Assembly (NCBI RefSeq): GCF_000007145.1
Contig: NC_003902.1
Span: 2,666,497 to 2,698,496, forward strand
Source of the DNA: Xanthomonas campestris pv. campestris str. ATCC 33913
Lineage (GTDB): Bacteria; Pseudomonadota; Gammaproteobacteria; Xanthomonadales; Xanthomonadaceae
Direction: 5' to 3'
DNA: 32,000 bases
In this document: in pieces, positions 1-8,054 of the stretch
How positions within the stretch are numbered: position 1 is the stretch's first letter
How the letters are laid out: each line of letters begins with the position of its first letter
The notes under the pieces: generated by a model
The model's database searches: none
Told to the model about the DNA's origin: nothing
The model's input: only the letters and a program-made list of their open reading frames with translations
Made by a program: the position numbers and the translations under genes

Positions 1-1579
1 TGGGCTAGACGTTGCCGATACCGCGCACAGCATCTCCACCAGTTGGGGTGTCGTGCAGCAGCCCGCGCTCCCCAGCCAGGTCTGCACAACGCTCAAGGCT
101 GCGCTGGTGCCGGTTGCCGGCTCGCTGGATGCGCTCGACCAGGATCCCACCCAATCCAAACGCGACACCGCACGCCTGCAGGCCGCCATCGACGATTGCC
201 CTGCCGGCAGCGCGGTGCGTCTGGTGGTCGGCGATGGCGGAGAATCCGGCCTGTTGAGCGGCCCGCTCACCATCAAGAGCGGCGTGACGTTGTGGATCGA
301 TCGCGGCGTGACCTTGTTCGGCTCGCGCAATCCGCAGGATTACGACAATGGCCTGGGCACCTGCGGCACCGCCACCACCGACAAGGCCAAGTCCTGCAAC
401 CCGTTGATCCACGTCGCCGACACTGCCAAGAGCGCCATCGTGGGCGCCGGCAAGATCGACGGCCGCGGTGGCAGCACGCTCACCGCGGGACCGAATGCCG
501 GCAAGGCCAGCTGGTGGGATCTGGCCTATCTCAACGTCACCAAGGGCCTGAGCCAGCACGTGCCACGGCTGCTGCAGATCGATGACAGCACCGACTTCAC
601 GCTGTACGACATCACCCTGGAAAACTCGCCCAATTTCCACGTCACCACCGACAACGTGGTGGGCCTGACCGCCTGGGGCATCAAGATCCTGGCACCTAGC
701 CTGGTGTATTCGCGCCCCGGCTACCACTGCCCTGCCGGCAGCACCCCGGACGTCAATCCGCACGCCAGCTGCTTCACCCCGGAAACCGCCAAGAACACCG
801 ACGGCTTCGACCCTGGCCAATCCAAGAACGTGCTGCTGGCGTACTCGTATATCGGTACCGGCGATGACGGCGTGGCGATCAAGGCGCATGCCAAAAACAA
901 GCGCAGCATCGCCTCGGAAAACATGCTGTTCGCCTACAACCAGTTCTACTACACGCACGGTTTTTCGCTCGGCAGCGAAACCGATTCGGGGATGCGCCAT
1001 ATCGCCGTGCGCGGCTTGAGCATCGACGGCTTCAACGCCAACGACGTGCAGCGCGATCCCTACTCGGCCAATGGCCTGCGTATCAAGTCCGATGCTTCGC
1101 GCGGCGGCCAGGTCTACGACATCAGATTCGAGAACATCTGCATGCGCGGGGTTGCGCGGCCGCTGGTATTCGACGCCAACTACGCCAACCCGGCCACACG
1201 CGACCAGTTGCCGCGGTTCAGCGGCATTGCACTGACCAATGTGCACTCCCTGGGTTCCAAGGCCTTCGGTGGCGGCGAATTGAGCTTCTACGGCTATCGC
1301 GATGCGACCACCACCCTGCCCATCACCATGTCGCTGGACAACGTGGTGCTCGACGGCGGCCCGGTCGCCTTTGCGCAGCCGCATTTTGGTGGACCGGCCA
1401 GCAACCCGGGCGCGGTGCACTTCACCTTCAAAGGCGGGCCGGTGAGCTTCTTTGATCAGCTCACCGAGTCGGCGGCCAACGATGTGCAGTTGCAGGGCCG
1501 GCCCGGGCCGGGCGCGCCGTTGCAATGCGACGATGCCTTCATTGCGTACCACAGCGTGCTGCCCGACTCACCGATCTAA
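1..1579 (+). CDS. Polygalacturonase (glycoside hydrolase family 28), 5'-partial at window edge
   Basis: The frame of ORF 53..1579 stays open back to nt 2, so the N-terminus and signal peptide probably lie upstream of the window. The translation carries the four GH28 hallmark motifs in order: NTDGFD, GTGDDGVAIK, THGFSLGSE, GLRIKSD. Confidence 0.88.
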   Translation, partial: GLDVADTAHSISTSWGVVQQPALPSQVCTTLKAALVPVAGSLDALDQDPTQSKRDTARLQAAIDDCPAGSAVRLVVGDGGESGLLSGPLTIKSGVTLWIDRGVTLFGSRNPQDYDNGLGTCGTATTDKAKSCNPLIHVADTAKSAIVGAGKIDGRGGSTLTAGPNAGKASWWDLAYLNVTKGLSQHVPRLLQIDDSTDFTLYDITLENSPNFHVTTDNVVGLTAWGIKILAPSLVYSRPGYHCPAGSTPDVNPHASCFTPETAKNTDGFDPGQSKNVLLAYSYIGTGDDGVAIKAHAKNKRSIASENMLFAYNQFYYTHGFSLGSETDSGMRHIAVRGLSIDGFNANDVQRDPYSANGLRIKSDASRGGQVYDIRFENICMRGVARPLVFDANYANPATRDQLPRFSGIALTNVHSLGSKAFGGGELSFYGYRDATTTLPITMSLDNVVLDGGPVAFAQPHFGGPASNPGAVHFTFKGGPVSFFDQLTESAANDVQLQGRPGPGAPLQCDDAFIAYHSVLPDSPI

Positions 1580-1605
1580 GCAACGCGGTGTCTGCATGCC
1601 TGTGG

Positions 1606-1636
1606 CGCTGCTGTGGCCGGCCTGGCCGCAGCAGCG
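1606..1636. terminator. GC-rich stem-loop between convergent genes (possible bidirectional terminator)
   Basis: cgctgctgtggcc (1606-1618) pairs with ggccgcagcagcg (1624-1636) at 12 of 13 bp, with a 5-nt loop. It lies between the stop of the GH28 gene (1579) and the stop of the minus-strand gene (1642). There is no U-tract, so terminator function is only inferred. Confidence 0.35.
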
Positions 1637-1641
1637 GTTAT

Positions 1642-2331
1642 TCATTCGGCGCCGCTGGCTGCGCGCCAGCTGTGCCAGAGCTGCTGCATCGGTGGCGCAT
1701 AGGCCGTGCGACCGGCCAACTCGCGCTGCAGGCGCAGCCGCGCCAGACGCGACCAGACCCGATGTGGCCTGGCCAGCGCCGCCTTGCGTGGCCACGCGCG
1801 CAACAGCTGCGCACGCCAGGCCGGCGCACCGACGCCACCCGGCGCGGCACTGTCGCCGGCCACACGCTGGCGCGCATCCAGCCATTGCACCACCACGGCC
1901 GTGGCATCGCTGCTGCGTGTGCGTGCGAAGACCACCGCTTCCACCGCCACCACCGCTTCGGCAAATGCCTGCAGCCGCGCCATGGCCTGCGCCAGGTCGT
2001 CCGGCTGCGCACGTGCGGCCTGCATCGCCGGCAAGGTCTGCGCCAACTGCGCCCAGGGTGCGCGCACCGGTTCAAGCACGCGCCCCAATGGATGACGCGA
2101 GCGCTGGTTCGACCAGTCGTTCAATTCCTGCTGCCACCAGGCCAGCTTGGCGTCTGCCGGCAACGGGTCGCCGGCGATGTTCATGATGTCCTCCCATTCC
2201 TGCAGCAATGCGAACCAGGCCGCGGCCAGGCGACGCTGCGGTTCGGGAATGAAGGGCTCGGCCACCGACCATTCCGGCCAGCGGCTGCGCCACTTGTCGA
2301 GAAAACTGTCCAGGGCGCTGGATTGGCTCAT
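1642..2331 (-). CDS. Uncharacterised 229-aa Trp/Arg-rich protein, with a weak resemblance to non-catalytic squalene/phytoene-synthase-like helical proteins
   Basis: ATG at 2331, 28 nt after the gph stop on the same strand. The composition is protein-like (MSQSSALDSFLDKWRSRWPEWSV...), unlike the Arg/Ala/Pro-rich overlapping frames. The segments AAAWFALLQEWEDI and AKLAWWQQEL recall SQS_PSY-family helices, but I cannot verify this without an HMM search. Confidence 0.65.
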   Translation of the reverse strand: MSQSSALDSFLDKWRSRWPEWSVAEPFIPEPQRRLAAAWFALLQEWEDIMNIAGDPLPADAKLAWWQQELNDWSNQRSRHPLGRVLEPVRAPWAQLAQTLPAMQAARAQPDDLAQAMARLQAFAEAVVAVEAVVFARTRSSDATAVVVQWLDARQRVAGDSAAPGGVGAPAWRAQLLRAWPRKAALARPHRVWSRLARLRLQRELAGRTAYAPPMQQLWHSWRAASGAE

Positions 2332-2359
2332 GGCGGGTCCAGAAAAGCGAAAGAAAAGA

Positions 2360-3025
2360 TCAGGGCTGCGGCCAGGCGGCCGGCTCCCACAACTGCGGCG
2401 GCTGTTCCACCAGCACGTCGGCCTGCCAGCTCAGCGGGTCGTCATCGCCCAGCCGGTAACCCCATAACGCAGCCACCGACGGCATGCCGGCCGCACGTGC
2501 GGCCAGGATGTCGCGCTCGTCGTCACCCACATAGACGCACTGCGTGGCGGCGACGCCGATGCGATCGGCCGCCACCAGCAACGGCAGCGGATGCGGCTTG
2601 CGCTCGGCCAGCGTATCGCCGCCGATCAGCACCGCGCAGCGCTGCTGCCAGCCCAGCTGCGGCAGAATGAGTTGCGCAAGGTATTCGGGCTTGTTGGTGA
2701 CAATGCCCCAGACACAGCCGGCCTGCTCCAGGCGCTGCAGCATGACCTCGACTCCGTCGAACAGCTGTGCCTGCGTGCCGAGCAGCGCTTCATAGCGCTT
2801 GAGAAACTCCGGCACCAACGCCTCGCGCGCGGCCGCATCCAGATGCGCGAAGGCCACAGCGAGCATGGCGCGCGATCCTTTCGACACCACCGGCCGCAGC
2901 TGCGCCAGCGTGATGCACGGCAGTCCACGCTCGCTCAGCATCGCGTTGACGGTGGCCAACATGTCCGGCGCACTGTCGAGCAAGGTGCCATCCAGGTCGA
3001 ACAACACCGCACGCGGAAACCTCAC
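2360..3025 (-). CDS. gph: Phosphoglycolate phosphatase (HAD superfamily)
   Basis: It has HAD motif I (LFDLDGTLLDS) near the N-terminus, and the C-terminal YVGDDERD motif is typical of Gph. I chose the GTG at 3025 (VRFPRAVLFDLDG). The ORF-track ATG at 3127 would translate the heptad repeat array (MGNRDSGIATAV), which looks non-coding. The alternative start at 3127 is not excluded. Confidence 0.82.
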   Translation of the reverse strand: MRFPRAVLFDLDGTLLDSAPDMLATVNAMLSERGLPCITLAQLRPVVSKGSRAMLAVAFAHLDAAAREALVPEFLKRYEALLGTQAQLFDGVEVMLQRLEQAGCVWGIVTNKPEYLAQLILPQLGWQQRCAVLIGGDTLAERKPHPLPLLVAADRIGVAATQCVYVGDDERDILAARAAGMPSVAALWGYRLGDDDPLSWQADVLVEQPPQLWEPAAWPQP

Positions 3026-3095
3026 AGACGCACCGCCATCCCAGCGCGATCGGCCATCAGACAGGAACCGGTCGACATCAAGACCGCAACCAACC

Positions 3096-3132
3096 GCCGT
3101 TGCGATTCCCGAATCCCGATTCCCCATTCCCC
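3096..3132. repeat. Solo heptad-repeat array (ATTCCCG-like, 4 units) preceded by GCCGTTGCG
   Basis: The sequence is gccgttgcg attcccg aatcccg attcccc attcccc. The 17-mer gccgttgcgattcccga (3096-3112) is identical to 17203-17219 in the uup/dbpA intergenic palindrome. Confidence 0.8.
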
Positions 3133-3137
3133 GCTCG

Positions 3138-3857
3138 TCACGGCTTCACCGCACACGCCAGATAGTTCACTTCGGTGCGCGAGGACAAGCGCGCGCGGTT
3201 GCGCCACGGCTCGTACAGCATGCCGCTGACGTCTTGCAGCTGCAGCTCGGCAGTGCGCAGCCAGGCGGCCAGTTCGGACGGCTTGATGAAATCCTTGTAG
3301 TGATGCGTGCCCTTGGGCAGCAACCGCGCGATGTATTCGGCGCCTACTACCGCCAGCGCAAACGCTGCCGGCGTGCGATTGAGTGTAGACAGGAACAGCG
3401 TGCCGCCCGGCTTGAGCAGGCTTGCGCAGGCGCGGATGATCGCCAGCGGGTCTGGCACGTGCTCCAGCATTTCCATGCAGGTCACCGCATCGAAGCTGCC
3501 CGGCTGCTCGGCAGCCAGGTCTTCCACCGACTGCACGCGGTAGTCCACCTGCACGCTCGATTCCAGGCTGTGCAGGCGCGCCACTTTCACCAGCTCCGGC
3601 GCCAGGTCGATCGCGGTGACTTGCGCGCCCAGGCGCGCCATCGCTTCACTGAGCAGGCCACCACCGCAGCCGACGTCGAGCACGCGTGCGCCCGGCAGCG
3701 CAACCCGTGCGGCCACGTAGTCCAGCCGCACCGGATTGAGCGCATGCAGCGGCTTCTGCGGGCCGTCGGCATCCCACCAGCGGTTGGCCAGCGCAGCGAA
3801 CTTGTCCAGCTCGGTCTGGTGGAAATTGGACGATGTGGATTGTGGATTCGGATTCAT
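3138..3857 (-). CDS. ubiG: Bifunctional 3-demethylubiquinone / 2-polyprenyl-6-hydroxyphenol O-methyltransferase UbiG
   Basis: Start is the ATG at 3857 ([20 protein letters not shown]), preceded by GGAGAG. It has the SAM-binding motif [13 protein letters not shown] and C-terminal similarity to UbiG ([23 protein letters not shown]). The ORF-track start at 4004 would overlap the upstream gene and was rejected. Confidence 0.9.
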   Translation of the reverse strand: MNPNPQSTSSNFHQTELDKFAALANRWWDADGPQKPLHALNPVRLDYVAARVALPGARVLDVGCGGGLLSEAMARLGAQVTAIDLAPELVKVARLHSLESSVQVDYRVQSVEDLAAEQPGSFDAVTCMEMLEHVPDPLAIIRACASLLKPGGTLFLSTLNRTPAAFALAVVGAEYIARLLPKGTHHYKDFIKPSELAAWLRTAELQLQDVSGMLYEPWRNRARLSSRTEVNYLACAVKP

Positions 3858-3885
3858 GTGGCTCTCCGTGATGCGATGGCCGCGC

Positions 3886-5235
3886 TCAGGCGCGGACGGT
3901 GCGGATACGGTCGCGCCACTGGCGCGCGTTGGCGACCAGGGCAGCGGTATCCATGTCGATGAGCTCGCGTTGCACCAGCTTGGGCTTGCCGGCGATCCAC
4001 ACATCGGTCACCTGGTGGCGGCCGGCGGCATAGATCAGCTGCGACAACACGTGATGCAGCGGCTGGGTTTCCAGCGCGGACAGATCCACGCAAACCAGGT
4101 CGGCCTGCTTGCCCACCTCGATCGAGCCGATGCGGTCGCCAAAGCCGAGTGCGCGTGCGCCCCCCAAGGTGGCGGCGCGCAAGGTGGTGGCCGCATCCAG
4201 CGCGGTGGCATCGTTGGCCACTGCCTTGGCCAGGATCGCCGCGGTGCGGTTCTCGCTGAACATGTCCAGGTCATTGTTGCTGGCGCAGCCGTCGGTGCCG
4301 ATCGCCAGATTCACGCTGGCGCGTTGCAGCGCGCACGCCGGGCAAAAGCCCGAGGCCAGCTTGAGATTGGATTCGGGGCAGTGCACCACGCTGACACCGC
4401 GCTCGGCGCACAGGTGGATTTCGGCCTCGGTGAGCTGGGTCATGTGCACCGCAATCAGGCGGTCGTTGACCAGGCCCAGACGATCCAGCCGTGCCAGCGG
4501 GCGCTGGCCATACTGCGCCACCGAATCAGCCACTTCCTGCGCGGTTTCGTGCGTGTGCAGATGCACCGGCATGTCCAGCTGGTCGGCCAGCATGCGTACG
4601 CGCTCGAAGTTGGCATCGTTCACCGTGTACGGCGCATGCGGTGCAAACGCGGTGCTGATCAGCGGGTCGTCGCGCCACTGGTCGTGCAGCTCGCCGGCAC
4701 GTGCGAAGTATTCGTCGTCCGACGAGGCCCAGGCGGTGGGGAAATCGATGATCACCGCGCCCACCAGCGCACGGAAGCCATGCTGCTTGTAGACGGCCGC
4801 CTGCACGTCGGCAAAGAAGTAGTTCTCGTTGACGCAGGTGGTGCCGCCGCGCAGCATCTCGGCGATCGCCAGGGTGGTGCCATCGGCGACGAATTCCGGG
4901 CCGATCACTGCCGCTTCCACCGGCCAGATGTGCTGCTGCAGCCACACCATCAGCGGCAGATCGTCGGCCACGCCGCGCAGCAGCGTCATCGGGTTGTGCG
5001 TGTGCGCGTTGACCAGGCCGGGCATCAGCGCCGCGTCGGGGCGCGACACGGTGCGTGCCGGCGCGAAACGCACGCGTGCGTCGGCCGTTGGCAGCACGGC
5101 AACGATGACACCGTTGCTGACCGCCACCGCGTGGTCTTCAAGCACCACCGCATGCGGTTCGATCGGCACCACATAGCCGGCCTCGATCAGCAGGTCGCAG
5201 GGTTCGGGCGGGGCGTTGGTCATGAGCGGATCCAT
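3886..5235 (-). CDS. TRZ/ATZ-family amidohydrolase, likely 5-methylthioadenosine/S-adenosylhomocysteine deaminase (MtaD-like)
   Basis: It has the metal-binding motif [12 protein letters not shown], plus [20 protein letters not shown] and [10 protein letters not shown], all typical of the MtaD/guanine-deaminase-like subgroup. Position directly upstream of ubiG matches the arrangement known in other gammaproteobacteria. The start could be the ATG at 5235 or the ATG at 5223. Confidence 0.85.
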   Translation of the reverse strand: MDPLMTNAPPEPCDLLIEAGYVVPIEPHAVVLEDHAVAVSNGVIVAVLPTADARVRFAPARTVSRPDAALMPGLVNAHTHNPMTLLRGVADDLPLMVWLQQHIWPVEAAVIGPEFVADGTTLAIAEMLRGGTTCVNENYFFADVQAAVYKQHGFRALVGAVIIDFPTAWASSDDEYFARAGELHDQWRDDPLISTAFAPHAPYTVNDANFERVRMLADQLDMPVHLHTHETAQEVADSVAQYGQRPLARLDRLGLVNDRLIAVHMTQLTEAEIHLCAERGVSVVHCPESNLKLASGFCPACALQRASVNLAIGTDGCASNNDLDMFSENRTAAILAKAVANDATALDAATTLRAATLGGARALGFGDRIGSIEVGKQADLVCVDLSALETQPLHHVLSQLIYAAGRHQVTDVWIAGKPKLVQRELIDMDTAALVANARQWRDRIRTVRA

Positions 5236-5240
5236 TGAAG

Positions 5241-6086
5241 TTAGTTGCCGAACGGCCAGGAGTCGGTGGAGCGTGACACAGGCACGTAGCGCATGCCGTC
5301 GTAGCGCAACACTTGGCGTTGGCGGCGCGTGCGTTCGGTGTCTTGTGCGCCCTCAACCGTGGTGGAGGTCACCACGTTTGCGGTCAGCGCGATGTCGGAG
5401 TAGCCGGCGTGGACCGGCGTGTCCATCGACAGCGTCAAGGTGCCGCGCTCGGTCACCACGCCTGCCTTCCCCCAGTTGCATAGCTCGCCTTGTACCTGTC
5501 GCCAGACAGTCAGGTTCTGCTGCAGCACCGGGCGTAGCCGGCGCCCTTCGCGGACCAGCAAGGTCAATGCGTCGTCGCTGTCGAAATCCGGGCAACTGGC
5601 GCCACGCGCGACGCTGTGCACCACGACACCAAACGCGCGCACGCCTTTGGCCAGGTCATAGCGCGCGGTATCCAGGCGCAGGCTATCGGCCGCAAGTTCC
5701 AGGCTGGCATCCTCGCCCATTGCCTGGGCATACAACGCCACCACCTCGCCACTACCGGCATCGAGCATTGCAATACGCAACTCCAGGTCGCGCTCGCCAG
5801 CCGGGGTAGTGGCATCGCCAGCAAACGCGATTGCCGCCAAGCGGATGGAGGGATCGTACGGCCACGGCTTGCAGGTCTGCGCCACGGCACGTTCCGCCGG
5901 CACCGCCGCTGCAGCGCCACCCACCACACCGGAGGCGGCAACCGCGGCCACCGCCGCTACGCTCTGCGCATCGCAGGCGGTTGCTACCGTTTGCGCAAAC
6001 ACCGGGCACGCCGCAAGCGTGCCACTCAGCACCATCAGGACACTGGCACTGCGTACTGCTCGGCCGGACCGGCGTCCCAGGTGCAT
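5241..6086 (-). CDS. Uncharacterised exported protein, probable lipoprotein (281 aa)
   Basis: The ATG at 6086 lies 5 nt after the efp stop. The N-terminus MHLGRRSGRAVRSASVLMVLSGTLAAC has a positive n-region, a hydrophobic core and a lipobox-like L-A-A-C. I recognise no family. The ORF-track start at 6344 would overlap efp and was rejected. Confidence 0.7.
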   Translation of the reverse strand: MHLGRRSGRAVRSASVLMVLSGTLAACPVFAQTVATACDAQSVAAVAAVAASGVVGGAAAAVPAERAVAQTCKPWPYDPSIRLAAIAFAGDATTPAGERDLELRIAMLDAGSGEVVALYAQAMGEDASLELAADSLRLDTARYDLAKGVRAFGVVVHSVARGASCPDFDSDDALTLLVREGRRLRPVLQQNLTVWRQVQGELCNWGKAGVVTERGTLTLSMDTPVHAGYSDIALTANVVTSTTVEGAQDTERTRRQRQVLRYDGMRYVPVSRSTDSWPFGN

Positions 6087-6091
6087 CGGGA

Positions 6092-6658
6092 TTACTTGAC
6101 GCGCGCCGAGTACTCGCCCGAGCGGGTGTCGACCTTGATCACTTCGTCCTGGTTGACGAACAGCGGCACGCGCACCACCGCACCGGTTTCCAGGGTGGCC
6201 GGCTTGCCGCCGCCGCCAGAGGTATCGCCACGCACGCCCGGGTCGGTCTCGGTGATCTTCAGCTCGACGAAGTTCGGCGGCTGCACCCAGATCGGGGCGC
6301 CGTTCCACAAGGTCACGATGCAGTCTTCTTCGCCCTTGAGCCACTTCTCCGCGCCGCCCATGCCGGCCTTGTCGGCCTGCACCTGCTCGAAGGATTCCGG
6401 GTCCATGAAGTGCCAGTACTCGCCATCGGTGTACAGGTAACGCATGTCGGTATCGACCACGTCGGCCACTTCCACGTCATCGGTGGCCTTCATGGTCATT
6501 TCCACCACGCGGCCGGACTTGATGAAGCGGTACTTCATGCGGGTAAAGGCCTGGCCCTTGCCCGGCTTGACGTATTCGGTCTCGGTGATGACCGCCGGTT
6601 CGTTGTTGACCAGGATCTTCATGCCGTTCTTGACGTCGTTCATGCCAACAGTGGCCAT
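6092..6658 (-). CDS. efp: Translation elongation factor P
   Basis: The product is 188 aa starting [17 protein letters not shown], and AGGAG precedes the ATG at 6658. The conserved loop [10 protein letters not shown] has Lys at position 34, the residue modified by beta-lysylation. Confidence 0.95.
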
Positions 6659-6720
6659 GGTGCAGCTCCTCGATAAGGCGACGGCCCGCCACTTCCTGGC
6701 CGGCCGGATTAGAATGGGGC

Positions 6721-6740
6721 GCCCGCCGCAACCGGCGGGC
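6721..6740. other. Perfect 8-bp GC stem-loop in the efp/epmB divergent region
   Basis: The structure is gcccgccg caac cggcgggc, followed on the plus strand by attgcttttgtg, 20 nt upstream of the epmB ATG. A TAGAAT hexamer lies at 6710-6715. The function is unknown. Confidence 0.3.
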
Positions 6741-6759
6741 ATTGCTTTTGTGACCGCAC

Positions 6760-7788
6760 ATGATAACCGCAGCCCCTCTCGCCTTACAGCCATCCACACC
6801 GCCCGCCCTGCAGCCCCCGCGCTGGCAACAGCTGTGGCGGCAGGCCGTGCGCGACCCGCGTGAGCTGCTGGCGCTGCTGGGGCTGGACGCGCAGGCGGCG
6901 GGCATCAGCGAGGACGCCGCGGCCCAGTTCGCCGTGCGTGTGCCGCGCAGCTTCGTGGCGCGCATGCGCCCGGGAGACCTGACCGACCCGCTGTTGCGCC
7001 AGGTATTGCCGCTGGATGCGGAGATGCGCGTGGTGCCTGGCTTTGCGCTCGACGCGGTGGGCGATGGCGCCGCCCGCACCACCACCGGGGTGATCCAGAA
7101 ATACCGCGGCCGGGCTCTGCTGATCGCCACCGGCAGCTGCGCGGTGCATTGCCGGTACTGCTTCCGCCGCCATTTCCCCTACGCCGAGGAAACCGCCGCC
7201 CGCGATGGCTGGCGCGAGGCCGTGGCGGCGATCGCCGCCGATCCGGACATCGACGAGGTACTGCTCTCCGGCGGTGACCCGTTGTCGCTGACCACGCCCA
7301 AGCTGGCCGAGCTCACCGACGCCTTGGCCGCCATCCCGCATCTCAAGCGCCTGCGCATCCACAGCCGGCTGCCGGTGGTGTTGCCCGAACGCGTGGATGC
7401 GCCGCTGCTGGCGTGGCTGCGCAGCCTGCCGTGGCCGGTGGCCTTCGTGATCCACGCCAACCACGCCAATGAATTCGATGCCGAGGTCGACGCCGCACTG
7501 CACGCGCTGCGTGGTGCCGGCGCACAGCTGCTCAACCAGGCGGTGCTGCTGCGCGGCGTCAACGACAGCGTGGACGCACTAGCGGCGCTGAGCGAGCGCA
7601 GCTTCGCCGCCGGCGTGCTGCCGTACTACCTGCATCAGCTGGACCGCGTGGCCGGCGTGGCGCATTTCGAAGTCGACGACGCACGCGCCCGTGCGCTGCA
7701 TGCCGAGCTGGCAACGCGCCTGTCCGGCTATCTGGTGCCGCGCCTGGTGCGCGAGATTCCCGGCGATACGGGAAAGCGGCCACTGTAA
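6760..7788 (+). CDS. epmB: EF-P beta-lysylation protein EpmB (lysine 2,3-aminomutase-like radical SAM enzyme)
   Basis: It has the radical-SAM cluster motif [11 protein letters not shown], followed by LLSGGDPL. It is divergent from efp, as in enterobacteria. Confidence 0.88.
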
Positions 7789-7816
7789 ATACCTCGGTGG
7801 CGCGCGGGAGTGGCAT

Positions 7817-7978
7817 GTAGAGCGCAGCTTTCCGCTCGGCTGCGGGGAAACAAACCAAACCACCATCTCGTAGGAGCGCACCCGGGTGCGGCCGGGCACC
7901 CGATATCCCGTAGGAGCGCGCTTGGGCGCGACGGGCGTTACCGGGAAAGCTCCATCGCGCACAGGTGCGCTCTACGTA
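7817..7978. repeat. Cluster of REP-type GTAG(G)AGCGC palindromic units
   Basis: Three units are in direct orientation: gtagagcgcagc (7817), gtaggagcgcacccgggtgcgg (7870) and gtaggagcgcgcttgggcgcgac (7910). An inverted unit cgcgcacaggtgcgctctac sits near 7956-7976. The cluster lies between convergent epmB and the GGDEF-EAL gene. Confidence 0.75.
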
Positions 7979-8054
7979 GCTAGCCGCACTGCCCCCGCAA
8001 TCGTATAGGCGACGCCAAGAACAGACGCTGCAATCAAGCCGGTGGAGGCACTCG

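Noticed and set aside
5-1552. A 515-aa ORF lies antisense to the polygalacturonase gene.
   Set aside because: The translation is Arg/Ala/Gly/Val-rich and low in complexity, with no recognisable motif. The opposite strand carries all four GH28 motifs. Long antisense ORFs are expected in GC-rich DNA because stop codons are AT-rich.
1525-2670. A 381-aa plus-strand ORF spans the GH28 3' end, the unknown gene and part of gph.
   Set aside because: The composition is Arg/Pro/Ala-dominated. It overlaps three better-supported genes and has no motif.
3736-5238. A 500-aa ORF lies antisense to the TRZ/ATZ amidohydrolase. Similar mirror ORFs occur at 12034..13038, 15904..17145, 17240..18331, 20638..21642 and 24159..25646.
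   Set aside because: Each lies opposite a gene with strong family motifs (amidohydrolase, SuhB, Uup, DbpA, SelO, YhiN-like). Each has a biased Arg/Ala/Gly/His composition and no motif, so they are GC-driven artefacts.
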